From Candidatus Glassbacteria bacterium (GTDB taxonomy: Bacteria; Gemmatimonadota; Glassbacteria; GWA2-58-10), in assembly GCA_963752515.1 (NCBI GenBank), contig CAVVYO010000007.1, positions 112,660 through 176,659 on the forward strand: a stretch of DNA of 64,000 nucleotides, read 5' to 3'. The position numbers and the translations under genes were made by a program. Below are positions 1 to 9,370 of this stretch, in pieces. Positions within the stretch are counted from its first letter, which is position 1; each line of letters begins with the position of its first letter. The notes beneath the pieces were generated by a model, which searched no databases, had not been told where the DNA came from, and was given only the letters and a program-made list of their open reading frames with translations.

Positions 1-509
1 TCCCGGAGCTGGAGCGGCAGACCGGCCTGAGCTACCCCGAGCTGTCGCGGCGTTTCCTGCGGCTGTCGCTGCGGCTGATCCGCGAGCACCCGGGGCAGTA
101 CCTGCGGACAGTCGGACGGGCGGCGGTCTATTTCTGGCTCCCCACCTGGTACGATGGCCGGGGCGGATGGGTCGACCTGGTGAAACGGGGACAGTGGCGG
201 GAGCGCCTGCTGCTGGGAGTTTACGGCGCGTTGCACGCCGCCGCGATGCTGCTGTTCCTGGCCCTGCCGATCGCCGCCCTGCTGCGCCGCCCGCTGCGAA
301 AGCTGTTCACGCCCGGCGTGAGCCTGATCTACGCGGTGGTGCTGTCCGCCTGGGCGGTGCAGGCGCTCATGGAGTTCGGCGAGAACGCCCGCTACAAGCA
401 GTCCCTGGAGCCGCTGGTGATCGGAGTGGCCCTGCTCGGCGCGGCCCGGCTGTGGCGGCGGAGAGCCGAATCCCCCGCCCTGACCGCCGGCGAGGATTCC
501 GGCCGCTGA
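1..509 (+). CDS. Membrane protein, C-terminal fragment; the gene begins upstream of the window. Possibly an ArnT/PMT-like glycosyltransferase C-terminus.
   Basis: Open frame from window edge to TGA at 507-509; translation has hydrophobic TM-like segments (LLLGVYGALHAAAMLLFLALPIAALL, LIYAVVLSAWAVQAL). Confidence 0.45.
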   Translation, partial: PELERQTGLSYPELSRRFLRLSLRLIREHPGQYLRTVGRAAVYFWLPTWYDGRGGWVDLVKRGQWRERLLLGVYGALHAAAMLLFLALPIAALLRRPLRKLFTPGVSLIYAVVLSAWAVQALMEFGENARYKQSLEPLVIGVALLGAARLWRRRAESPALTAGEDSGR

Positions 510-510
510 G

Positions 511-553
511 GGCTTTCCCCCGGCTTCCCTTCCATTTTCCCAACCTCTTGCGC
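511..553. repeat. Partial copy of module A (flank and half-arm: CCCCCGGCTTCCCTTCCATTTTCCCAACCTCTT)
   Basis: Matches the CCGGACCCTCCTTCCTCTTTCCCAAACTTTTT flank seen at 16040 and 19100. Confidence 0.4.
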
Positions 554-696
554 TGTCTGATCCTTCCCGCCGGATGGCAAGTCGGGATGGGATTGCCCGC
601 GCACCATGGTCCGGAACCTTCTCCCGACCCGGTTTCACCTTTTCCCGCGCCACGGGGGCAACCCTTGTTTTTGGTGGATACCCGGCGCGAGTTGTG

Positions 697-708
697 ATAT
701 AATCCAAC
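697..708 (+). promoter_or_regulatory. Extended -10 like element TGTGATATAAT upstream of the histidine kinase gene
   Basis: TGnTATAAT match in an AT-richer patch about 130 nt upstream of the ATG at 837. Confidence 0.3.
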
Positions 709-836
709 ACCCGGATTTCCGGTAATTTTCCCAGGGAAACGCTTCGACACGAGGGGCCGGCCGCAATCGGCCCCGGGAGCAGCGGCGATGGCGAAAGCGA
801 TGGCGCGCGCGGCGGCGCTGACAGTGCTGGGGGCGG

Positions 837-3800
837 ATGCCGCCTGCCGTGAGGAGCTGGCGCGGGTATGGGAGCGCGGCCGGGCTGCGCCTGCTGGAGC
901 CGCCCGGCGATGAGGACCGCCTGGCCGGGTTCTGTCGGGAACGCGGGGTCGCGGTGCTGGTGGCCTCGCTCGCCGCGGGCGACCCGGCCGGGGCGGAGCG
1001 CTTCGGTCGCCTGCGGGCCGCGCTGCCTTCCCTGCCGCTGGTGGCGCTGGTGGCCCGGGGCGGAGAGCGCCTGGCGCGAGCGGCGGGGGCCCAGGGCTGG
1101 CTGGTGCGGGAGGAACTGGACCCGCGGCTGGCCCGGCTGGTGCTGGAGCAGGCCGCAGCTCAGCGCCCGATGCTTTGCGCCCTGGAGGAGGCCGAGCGCC
1201 AGCGCACCCTGTTCGAGAGCACCAACGATGCGATCTACATCCACGACCTGGAGGGACGTTTCCTGGAGGTCAACCGGGTGGCCTGCGAGCGGCTGGGCTA
1301 CAGCCGGGAGGAGTACCTGGCCATGACCCCCCGCGACATCGACACCGAGCGCTATGCCGCATTGACGCCCGGGCGGATGCAGCTGCTGATGGCGCGCGGC
1401 TCGGCGCTGTTCGAGGCCGAACACCGGTCGCGGGATGGCCGGGTGATCCCGATCGAGCTCAGCACCCGGCTGATCGAGTTCCGCGGGGCGCCGGCGCTGA
1501 TCAGCATCGCCCGCGACATCAGCGAGCGCAAGCTGGCCGAGCAGGCCCTGCGCGAGAGCGAGGCCAAGCTCCGGGAGGCGCACGCCATCGCCCGACTGGG
1601 ACGCTGGGAACTGGACCTGGCCGATGGGTGTCTGCAGTGGTCGGACACCATCTATCAGATCTTCGAGATCGATCCGCGGCAGTTCGACGCCTCCTACGAG
1701 GCTTTCCTGGCGGCGATTCACCCCGAGGACCGCGCGGCGGTCGACCGCACCTACCGGGAGTCGGTGCTGAGCCGGACCTCCTACGACATCACCCATCGGC
1801 TGCTGATGCCGGACGGGCGGGTCAAGTGGGTGAACGAGATCGGCCGGACCGACTATGATGCCCGGGGACAGGCGATCCGCTCGGTGGGGATCGTGCAGGA
1901 CATCAGCGAACGCATCCGGGCCGAGCAGGCCCTGCGCGAAAGCGAGGAGCGTTTCCGCCGGATCTTCGATCTCAGCCCGCTCGGCGTCGCGGTGATCGGA
2001 CTGGATTACCGTTACCAGCAGGTCAACGACCGGTTTTGCCAGATCACCGGCTACAGTGCCGAGGAGCTGCGGCACAAGACTCTGGAGCAGATCACCCACC
2101 CCGGGGACCGCGAGGCCGACCAGGAGGCGGCGCGCCAACTGCTGGCCGGGGCGATCGACAGCTACCAGGCCGACAAGCGTTACCTGCGCAAGGAGGGCGG
2201 CGCGGTGTGGGTCGGGGTTTCGGTGCGGCTGGTCCGCGACAGCCAGGGCCGGCCGCAGTACTTCCTGCCGCTGATCGAGGACATCACCGAGCGCAAGCGG
2301 GCCGAGGAAATCCTGCGGCGGGCCAACGATGAGCTGGAGGAGCGGGTCCACCGGCGCACCGAGGAACTCTCCCGGGCCAATGCCGAGTTGCGCCACAGCC
2401 GGGGGAAGCTGGCCCGCGCCCAGCGCATGGCGGGCCTGGGCAGTTGGGACTGGAACCTGGAAAACGATGCGGTGGAGTGGTCGGAGGAGGTCTTCCGCAT
2501 CCTGGGTTATCAGCCGGGGTCGTTTGTCCCGGCCATCGGATTCTACCGCTCCCACCTGCATCCGGCCGACCGCGAGCGGGTGGAGCAGGCGGTGCAGGCG
2601 GCCCTGGAGGGACGGGGCCGGTTCGACCTGGAGTACCGGATCATCCGGGCGGATGGCGAGGAGCGGGTGGTGTTCGGCACCGCCGAGGTGGAGTGCGGAC
2701 CGGAGGACCGCCCGCTACGGGTCACCGGCACGATCCAGGACATCACTCAGCTGCGGCGGGCCCAGCAGGCCCTGCTCGAGGAGCAGGCCAAGCTGGAGGC
2801 GATGCTGGAGCAGAAAAGCCTGCTGGCGGAGATCGCCTCCCGGCTCAACTCCACCGCGACTTTCCGCCAGACACTCTCTGTCATCCTGGACCAGATCGCC
2901 CTGGCGACCGGGATCGGCCGGGTCGGGATGTACACCCTCGATCCGGAGGATGGCCGGTCGGAACGGCTGGGCTACCAGCTCTCACCCGGCTGCGCGATCG
3001 AGCCGGACTCGGAGCATGAGCCCTGTTGGTTCAGGGTGCCCGGCCTGCGCGAGAAGCTGAGCGAGGAAGTGACCATGATCTCGCTGGCGCGCGGACAGTC
3101 GACCGGCATGGCCCGGGAGATCCTGGAGCGCCAGGGGCAGGAGGCCCTGGACATTTTTCCGATCCGGGTCCAGGACCGCACCCGCGGCTGCCTCTGCCTC
3201 TGCCAGCCTCTCGGCCGCAAAGCGATCCCGGGGGAGTTCGATCTGTTCCGCACCATCGCCAACATGCTGGCCAGCAACTGGGAGAAGGAGCGCCAGTTCC
3301 AGGCCCGGATCGAGGCCGAGGAGAAACAGACCGAGGCGGTGCGTCTGGCCGAGCGCGCCAGCCGCCTGGCCTCGATCGGCGAGATGGCCGCCGGGATCAC
3401 CCACGAGATCAACCAGCCGCTCAATGCGATCAAGGTGACAGTCGACAGCATCCTGTACTGGAGCCGCAACAACCCCGGCCAGCTTCCCGAGCTGTTCACC
3501 GGCAAGCTGGGCAAGATTTCGGATGGGGTGACCCGGATCGATGAGATCATCCGCCACATGCGCGCGTTCTGGACCCGCCGGAACGAGCCTCCGGCCGAGC
3601 TGCTGGAGCTGAACGAGCGGGTACGCAGCGCGCTCTCGCTCACCGAGCGCCAGCTCGAGAGTCACGGAATCGCGCTGGAGCTGGAGCCGTCCCCCGAGCC
3701 GTTGATGGTCCGAGGCAACCGGGTCCACCTCGAGCAGGTGGCCGGCAACCTGCTGGTCAACGCGGTCCAGGCGCTGGAAGAGCTGGGAGGTCGGCGACCG

Positions 3801-4091
3801 CCCCGGCTGCGGGTGGCCACTTTCACCGAGGATCTGAGCGCGGTGCTGGAAGTCTCCGACAATGGTCCCGGGCTGCCCGGCCAGCAGGGCGCGGATGTTT
3901 TCGACCCCTTCTTCACCACCAAGCGCGAGGGCGAGGGCACCGGGCTGGGGCTGGCGATTGTCCGGCGCTTTGTCGAGCGCTATGGTGGGACAGTCACCGC
4001 GCGGAACAACTCCGAGGGCGGGGCCACGTTCACGGTCCGCCTGCCCCTGGCGCAGTACGAGGGCCAGGCCACCGGCCACCCGGGTCGCTGA
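837..4091 (+). CDS. Multi-PAS sensor histidine kinase (degenerate receiver-like N-terminus, several PAS/PAC modules, HisKA H-box, HATPase_c)
   Basis: 1084-aa ORF; repeated PAS-like blocks; H-box IGEMAAGITHEINQPLNAI; ATP-binding G-box GTGLGLAIVRRFVERYGGTVTARNNSEGGATFTVRLP. Confidence 0.85.
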   Translation: MPPAVRSWRGYGSAAGLRLLEPPGDEDRLAGFCRERGVAVLVASLAAGDPAGAERFGRLRAALPSLPLVALVARGGERLARAAGAQGWLVREELDPRLARLVLEQAAAQRPMLCALEEAERQRTLFESTNDAIYIHDLEGRFLEVNRVACERLGYSREEYLAMTPRDIDTERYAALTPGRMQLLMARGSALFEAEHRSRDGRVIPIELSTRLIEFRGAPALISIARDISERKLAEQALRESEAKLREAHAIARLGRWELDLADGCLQWSDTIYQIFEIDPRQFDASYEAFLAAIHPEDRAAVDRTYRESVLSRTSYDITHRLLMPDGRVKWVNEIGRTDYDARGQAIRSVGIVQDISERIRAEQALRESEERFRRIFDLSPLGVAVIGLDYRYQQVNDRFCQITGYSAEELRHKTLEQITHPGDREADQEAARQLLAGAIDSYQADKRYLRKEGGAVWVGVSVRLVRDSQGRPQYFLPLIEDITERKRAEEILRRANDELEERVHRRTEELSRANAELRHSRGKLARAQRMAGLGSWDWNLENDAVEWSEEVFRILGYQPGSFVPAIGFYRSHLHPADRERVEQAVQAALEGRGRFDLEYRIIRADGEERVVFGTAEVECGPEDRPLRVTGTIQDITQLRRAQQALLEEQAKLEAMLEQKSLLAEIASRLNSTATFRQTLSVILDQIALATGIGRVGMYTLDPEDGRSERLGYQLSPGCAIEPDSEHEPCWFRVPGLREKLSEEVTMISLARGQSTGMAREILERQGQEALDIFPIRVQDRTRGCLCLCQPLGRKAIPGEFDLFRTIANMLASNWEKERQFQARIEAEEKQTEAVRLAERASRLASIGEMAAGITHEINQPLNAIKVTVDSILYWSRNNPGQLPELFTGKLGKISDGVTRIDEIIRHMRAFWTRRNEPPAELLELNERVRSALSLTERQLESHGIALELEPSPEPLMVRGNRVHLEQVAGNLLVNAVQALEELGGRRPPRLRVATFTEDLSAVLEVSDNGPGLPGQQGADVFDPFFTTKREGEGTGLGLAIVRRFVERYGGTVTARNNSEGGATFTVRLPLAQYEGQATGHPGR

Positions 4092-4145
4092 ATAAAACCG
4101 GCGCGCGGGCGATCCAACCCCCAGATTGCTGACCGAGATCCGGGG

Positions 4146-4253
4146 TTGAACCAGCGAAAAGTTTGGGAAAGTGGAAGGGGGGGTTGGGGGGAAGGCATCC
4201 CTGGGGGGAGGGAGGAAATCCACGATTGCCTCGGGATTTCCTCCCTCCCCCCC
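4146..4253. repeat. Module A full copy: conserved flank TGAACCAGCGAAAAGTTTGGGAAAGTGGAAGG plus long GC-rich palindrome GGGGGGAGGGAGGAAATCC...GGATTTCCTCCCTCCCCCC
   Basis: Near-identical to copy at 31478-31578; perfect long inverted repeat; compensatory variants in other copies. Confidence 0.75.
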
Positions 4254-4346
4254 GCCACAGCCGTAATTTTCTCATTCTGGTTGTCAAAGTCGGTACAAGG
4301 CGGTCCCACGGCCCGCGCGGGCCATGGCACGGAAGGAGTTCCCGCG

Positions 4347-5051
4347 ATGCGAGTCATCAATGCCCTGATCCTCGGCCTGGGGATGGTCCTGGCGGCCCTG
4401 GTCTTCGGCCTGTTCTTCCACTCGGCGCGCCACCAGGAGAGCACGATCACGGTGGTGGGCCAGGCCCGCAAGTCGTTCACCGCCGACCTGGTCAAGTGGC
4501 AGCTCGTTTTGGTCGCCAATGTCGAGGGCCGGGAGGTCGCGGCCGGTTATGCCGGTCTGCGGGAGGACCTGCAGCGGGTGCGGGAGCTGATCCTGGCCGC
4601 CGGCGTGCCCGAGTCGGCGGTCTCGGTCCAGCCGATGACCACCCAGCCGATGTACGGCAATCAGGGCCTCATCACCGGCTACCGGCTGATGCAGTCGCTG
4701 ATCGTGATCACGGAGAAATTCCAGGCGGTGGAGGAGCTGGCGCTCGATCCGACCGGGCTGCTGCGCCAGGGGGTGGTGATCGAGCAGTCGCAACTGGAGT
4801 ATTACTATTCGAAAGTGGATGAGCTGAAGCGGGAGCTGCTGGCCGAGGCGACCAAGGATGCCCGGCTGCGGGCCGAGGAGATCGCCGGCAGCGCGGGCGC
4901 GAAAGTGGGGGCGATCCGCAGCGCCCGGGCCGGGGTGTTTCAGATCACCGAGCCCTATTCGACCGAGGTCCAGTCCTATGGGATTTACAACACCAGCAGC
5001 CGGGAGAAGGACATCCGGGTGACCGTGCACGGGGATTTCGAGCTGAAGTGA
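4347..5051 (+). CDS. SIMPL-domain periplasmic protein (DUF541, 26 kDa periplasmic immunogenic protein family)
   Basis: RBS GGAAGGAG 8 nt upstream of ATG 4347; N-terminal TM/signal MRVINALILGLGMVLAALVFG; family recalled from sequence pattern. Confidence 0.7.
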   Translation: MRVINALILGLGMVLAALVFGLFFHSARHQESTITVVGQARKSFTADLVKWQLVLVANVEGREVAAGYAGLREDLQRVRELILAAGVPESAVSVQPMTTQPMYGNQGLITGYRLMQSLIVITEKFQAVEELALDPTGLLRQGVVIEQSQLEYYYSKVDELKRELLAEATKDARLRAEEIAGSAGAKVGAIRSARAGVFQITEPYSTEVQSYGIYNTSSREKDIRVTVHGDFELK

Positions 5052-5101
5052 GTGACTATTACCCTCATTGTGACCGTTGATGTATTCTGGATGAAAAGAG
5101 C

Positions 5102-5130
5102 TTGACAAAAGTATCCTTTTGGCCGATACT
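5102..5130 (+). promoter_or_regulatory. Sigma-70-like promoter TTGACA-17 nt-GATACT for the NYN gene
   Basis: TTGACA at 5102-5107, 17-nt spacer, GATACT at 5125-5130, in an AT-rich islet. Confidence 0.4.
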
Positions 5131-5227
5131 ACTGCATAGTGAGTGAAACAACCCCTCGCACGTCCTTCGGGAGTGCGATGCAGGGGCGTCCGTACGGGCG
5201 CCCCTCGCTTATTATAAGGAGTTTTTT

Positions 5228-5899
5228 ATGACAAAGCGGGCCATTGTTTATGTGGATGGATTTAATTTTTACTACGGCGTATATGTCAGAAACCCGCAGT
5301 CTGAAAAGCTTAAATGGCTGGATCTGGTAAGGTTCAGTGAACTATTGCTCAAAGATTTTCAAGTTATTAAGGTAAAGCACTTTACGGCGCGGGTAAGCGC
5401 CTTGGGTGATGACAGGCGGCCGATCCGTCAGCAGACCTGGTGGAGGGCCTTGAAGCAGGTCAACGGAGAGAGGATCGAGATCATCGAGGGCAAATTCCGG
5501 ACCGACCCCAGACACATGCCCATCGCCTATCATGCGAATGGGGCAAAGGACAATCAGCCGATCAGGCAGAGCATCTGGGTCATCAGAACTGAGGAGAAGG
5601 GTTCGGATGTGAATCTGGCGACCCACTTGGTCTTTGATGCCTGCAGCAATAAATACGACACCGCACTGGTGATCTCGAACGACTCGGATCTGACTGAAGC
5701 CGTAAGGATCGTCAAGTTTGAGCTGGGAAAGGAAGTAATCCTGGCTAATCCTTATTCTCTCAAGGGTAGAATGCTCGTCAAGGAATTACAGGAGATTGCG
5801 CCAAATATCAGGACAATCAGGTATGGTCAGCTTCAGGTCAGCCAGCTTCCAGATATTATCCCGGGGACCAGCATCCACAAGCCCACTGAATGGTGCTGA
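5228..5899 (+). CDS. NYN-domain (LabA-like PIN-fold) predicted ribonuclease
   Basis: RBS AAGGAG upstream; N-terminal VYVDGFNFYYGV motif typical of NYN/LabA domain; gene and flanks are markedly lower in GC than surroundings. Confidence 0.75.
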   Translation: MTKRAIVYVDGFNFYYGVYVRNPQSEKLKWLDLVRFSELLLKDFQVIKVKHFTARVSALGDDRRPIRQQTWWRALKQVNGERIEIIEGKFRTDPRHMPIAYHANGAKDNQPIRQSIWVIRTEEKGSDVNLATHLVFDACSNKYDTALVISNDSDLTEAVRIVKFELGKEVILANPYSLKGRMLVKELQEIAPNIRTIRYGQLQVSQLPDIIPGTSIHKPTEWC

Positions 5900-6016
5900 A
5901 CGGAGAGTATCGTCCCGGCAGGCGGCGCCGTTGTGACAGCATGGAAGATCGTACGCACCTTGTTTTAAGTTGTAGCCGCCCACTATTAAAAATTTTCTAT
6001 ATTAATTAATATAAAG

Positions 6017-6052
6017 ACCGGGCCAGCAGTTGCCCGGCCTTTTGCTTTTATC
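6017..6052 (+). terminator. Rho-independent terminator after NYN gene
   Basis: Hairpin CCGGGCCAGCAGTTGCCCGG followed by CCTTTTGCTTTT. Confidence 0.5.
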
Positions 6053-6081
6053 CTGCCTGCTGTCCAGCATCTGTCATTAAA

Positions 6082-6120
6082 CTATCGAAAAAGTTTTCTC
6101 CCTCCCCCCGGAGCAGTTGG
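6082..6120. repeat. Partial module A/F copy (CGAAAAAGTTTTCTCCCTCCCCCCGGAGCAGTTGG)
   Basis: Shares CCCTCCCCCCGGARCAGTTGGC with 59695-59720 and flank CGAAAAAGTTT with module A. Confidence 0.4.
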
Positions 6121-6129
6121 CCATTGTCG

Positions 6130-7094
6130 TCAGGTTTGGATCAGCTCCTGTCCTGTCGCGGCGGGGCACGGCTCGGGCCGCTCGGTGGTCCCGTTGCGGA
6201 AGTACGCCTGCGGGAATAGCCGGTTGACCAGGATCCAGGCCCGCGGCTCGGCCCGTTTCATGGCGTGGCTGACCACCGGGACAATGCAGCCGCAGGTGCG
6301 GCAATCCACTCCGCGGCCCAGCACGCAGGGCTCCTTGCGATGCAGGGCGGCATCCAGCGAGATGAAATTTCTTCCCCGGAAGAAGCAGTCGCGGGCGTGG
6401 GCCTTGTCGCGCATGGTGGCGATGATCCGGGGGGTGAGCAAGACCAGCTTCCGGTCGCGTTTCCAGGCCCGCCGCAGCCGCGCGGTCGTTTCCTCGAGCT
6501 GCGCCCCGGCCAGCAGCAGCGGGTCATCCTGGCCGCGGTGGGAGGTGTAGAGGCTAAAGGTGATCCCCGCCACTTTGGTTTCCCGGGCGATCTCCACCAG
6601 CTCCTCGATGCAGTCGCGGTTGACAGTGGAGAGGGTCGGCGAGAGGACCACCCGACTGTCGCCGCGGACATTGGCGATGATCCGGTCGAACACCCGGGCC
6701 CCGCGAATCCGGTCGTGGACCTCCCGCGGGCCATCCAGGCTGACAAAAATCCGGCGGCGGATGTGCTCCGCCACCCGCTCGATCCCGTTGGTGGCGATCG
6801 CCAGGCCCGGGAATGTCCGGTCGGCGGCCTCGATCACCGCCGGGCGTAAGGAGTCGGCTCTCCGCCGGTGAGGAACGCGAAGCTCACCCCCCGGGCGCGG
6901 TGGTCGCGGAACAGCTCGCGCCACTGGCTGTCGGTCAGCTCATCCCGCGAGGCGAGGGTCTTGCGCCAGTAGCAGTGGGAACAGCTCAGATTGCAGCGGG
7001 AGGTGATCTCGTAGTTGGCTACCCGCGGAAAGCCATTGGCCTGCTTGAAATCCCGAATGAACCGGACCAGACGCACCAGCTTGGAACTGCTCAT
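6130..7094 (-). pseudogene. Radical SAM / SPASM-type protein with an apparent 1-nt frameshift (two ORFs 6834-7094 and 6130-6924 in different frames)
   Basis: N-terminal ORF carries CNLSCSHCYW (CxxxCxxC) and FLTGGEP; downstream ORF continues radical-SAM core and a C-terminal Cys cluster CRTCGCI; frames differ by one nt near 6835-6925. Confidence 0.6.
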
Positions 7095-7255
7095 CCCCCA
7101 CCCTCCCTCCTCGATTCTCAGCCGGGCGCTCCGGCGGTACTGCCGGCGGCGGCATGAAAATAGCTCCCCGATAATATTAATATTCCGCGGCCGGCAGTGG
7201 AAGCTGTGGTGGCGATTATTTCTGTGCAGAGGATCGGAGCGGCAGGCGCGGGCGG

Positions 7256-8914
7256 CTAACGGGCGGCGATCAGGAAGTTGGCCTCCTCGCTCCCGGCGAA
7301 GCCCAGGCGGAACGCCCGGGCCCGCAGGGAGACCTCCCGTCGGAACTCCAGCGGCTCGCAGTAGAGCCGCCAGCGCGGCTGGTCTCCCCGGTCGGTGGTC
7401 CAGGCCAGCGAGGCCCCGGGGGTCGGGCAGGACAGCTCCACCCGGACCGGCTGATCGGGGCCGGAGTCCAGCCGATGGATCGACGGCGCGGCGGTGATCG
7501 GCTGGCTGCCGCCGGGCCAGATCATCTCCACCAGCCGTTCTTCCGGAATCTGTCCCAGGTCGCCGGTGCGGGCCACCCAGCGCTCCAGCTCCAGGCGCAG
7601 CCGCCGGAGGGTGTCGGCGTGATGCGGGTCCCCGGCCAGGTTGCGGATTTCGTGCGGGTCCTCCCGGCAGTCGTAGAGCTCCTCCGGGGGCTTGGAGTCC
7701 CGGAAGAACGCCGCCGGCGGGCCCTCCAGCCGGCCCTCCCCGGCCAGGCGTTGCCAGGCCTGCCAGGCGGGCAGCCGGTCGCGGGAGGCGATCGGCGATG
7801 AGTAGGGGAGCTCGGGCCGATAGTTGCGGATGTACTTGAAGCGGCCATCGCGGACCGCGCGGAGCAGGTCGCGGGCCTGGTCCAGCCGGTCGCGGGCGGC
7901 GAAGACATACTCGCGCCGGCCGCGGTCGTCCGGACCGAGGAACGCCTGGCCCTGCAGGTAGGAGGGCGGGCTGACTCCGGCCAGCGAGAGCACGGTCGGC
8001 GCCAGGTCGATCGCGCTCACCAGCCGCTCGCCGACTGTCCCGGGCTGGATCGCCCCCGGCCAGCGCACCAGCAACGGCACCCGCAGCCCCGAGTCGTAGA
8101 GCCAGCCCCTGGCCCGCGGCATCCCGCTGCCGTGGCCGCTCATGAAGAACACCACGGTCCGGTCGGCCAGTCCATCGGCCTCCAGGCGGGCCAGCAGTTC
8201 GCCCACCCGGGCATCCAGGCGCTCGATGCGGTCCAGGTAAAGGGCCTGGTCGCCGCGCACCGCCGGGTCATCCGGGTAGCAGGGCGGCAGGCTCACCTGG
8301 CGCGGGTCGTGGCGCGGCCCCGCCCCTTGCGGCTCCGGGCCTGGCAGCGCGCCGATCTCCCCGAAATCGACCACCGCGAAAAACGGCTGGCCGGGATCGC
8401 GCCCGGCCCAGTCCTGGTGCTGCTCGCCGCAGTGGTCCCAGGCGGTGAGCGGCGGGCTGAGCCGGCGATCGATGGGGGCGCGGCTGGTGCAGAAGTAGCC
8501 GGCCTCGCGCAGGTACTCGGTGAAACAGCGCACATAGGGCGGGGGCACCGGCTCATAGTCGAACCCGGCCGAGGGGCAATGGGTGGGCGTGTGCATCGCG
8601 CCGATCGCGGTCGGGTACATCCCGGTGAGGATGCCCTCGCGGTTGGGGTCGCCGACCGGGGCCACCGCGAAAGCGTTGGTGAGGCGCAGGCCCTGGCGGG
8701 CCAGCCGGTCGAGGTGGGGGGTGCGCACCTCCCGCGAGCCGTAGCAGCCCAGGTCCGGGCTAAGGTCCTCGCAGCCGATCCAGAGGATGTTCAGCCGCTG
8801 TCCCGGGGGGACCGGCCCCTGGCGGTCCTCCGGGCGCGAGCAGCTTAGGGCTCCGGCGGCCAGGCCGGTCCCGGCGAGCTTCAGGAACTGCCGGCGGGGG
8901 AGCTTGCCCCTCAT
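7256..8914 (-). CDS. Sulfatase-fold (alkaline phosphatase superfamily) protein with Tat signal; lacks the formylglycine-forming Cys/Ser
   Basis: RRQFLKLAGTG Tat motif; sulfatase N-terminal blocks NILWIGCEDL...DLGCYGS and TPHLDRLARQGLRLTNAF; signature position reads APVGDPNREGILTG instead of C/S-x-P-x-R. Confidence 0.75.
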   Translation of the reverse strand: MRGKLPRRQFLKLAGTGLAAGALSCSRPEDRQGPVPPGQRLNILWIGCEDLSPDLGCYGSREVRTPHLDRLARQGLRLTNAFAVAPVGDPNREGILTGMYPTAIGAMHTPTHCPSAGFDYEPVPPPYVRCFTEYLREAGYFCTSRAPIDRRLSPPLTAWDHCGEQHQDWAGRDPGQPFFAVVDFGEIGALPGPEPQGAGPRHDPRQVSLPPCYPDDPAVRGDQALYLDRIERLDARVGELLARLEADGLADRTVVFFMSGHGSGMPRARGWLYDSGLRVPLLVRWPGAIQPGTVGERLVSAIDLAPTVLSLAGVSPPSYLQGQAFLGPDDRGRREYVFAARDRLDQARDLLRAVRDGRFKYIRNYRPELPYSSPIASRDRLPAWQAWQRLAGEGRLEGPPAAFFRDSKPPEELYDCREDPHEIRNLAGDPHHADTLRRLRLELERWVARTGDLGQIPEERLVEMIWPGGSQPITAAPSIHRLDSGPDQPVRVELSCPTPGASLAWTTDRGDQPRWRLYCEPLEFRREVSLRARAFRLGFAGSEEANFLIAAR

Positions 8915-9271
8915 GGCGCGACCTCGAATTGGCCTGGAAAGGGAAGGGGTGGGGGGCGGAAAGTCGCCCTCGGGAAGATATCATTCTAATGCCTTAACAT
9001 CAACAAAGTTCCAATTTCCGGAAGGGTAGACCGGGATTGAAGCTGGAATCGATGCGGAGAAACTTCGGAGGGCGAAAAGCTTGTTCAGGAATTCATCAGC
9101 CAGATCATCAGGTTGAGGTCCCCGGCGGACTCGATCCGGCCTTAAACTAGCGAAAAAGTTTGGTTCATCCGGGAATTCCGGAGTGAGAGCTTCTGCCGAC
9201 CGGGGAGCCGTGACGAGACCCTTCCCGGGCTGGGGGACACAAATTCCCGGCGGTGCGGCTAACTCTTTGGT

Positions 9272-9340
9272 TATCATTATGTTTCTTCTGCTGTGACCAG
9301 CAGCAGCCAGAGTCTGGCGGCGCAAAACTTGCCGGCCACA
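9272..9340. repeat. Module C short copy (TTCTTCTGCTGTGACCAGCAGCAG hairpin plus GGCGGCGCAAAACTTGCCGGCC)
   Basis: Homologous to 31165-31235 and, reverse-complemented, to 16365-16400. Confidence 0.6.
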
Positions 9341-9370
9341 CCCCAACCTCTGGGGCGGCGTCTGGAGATT

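Noticed and set aside
167-750. Overlapping ORFs 167-697 (+), 367-750 (-), 392-607 (-)
   Set aside because: They overlap the end of the real membrane-protein frame and the module A fragment. Their translations are Pro/Arg/Gly-rich with no start context.
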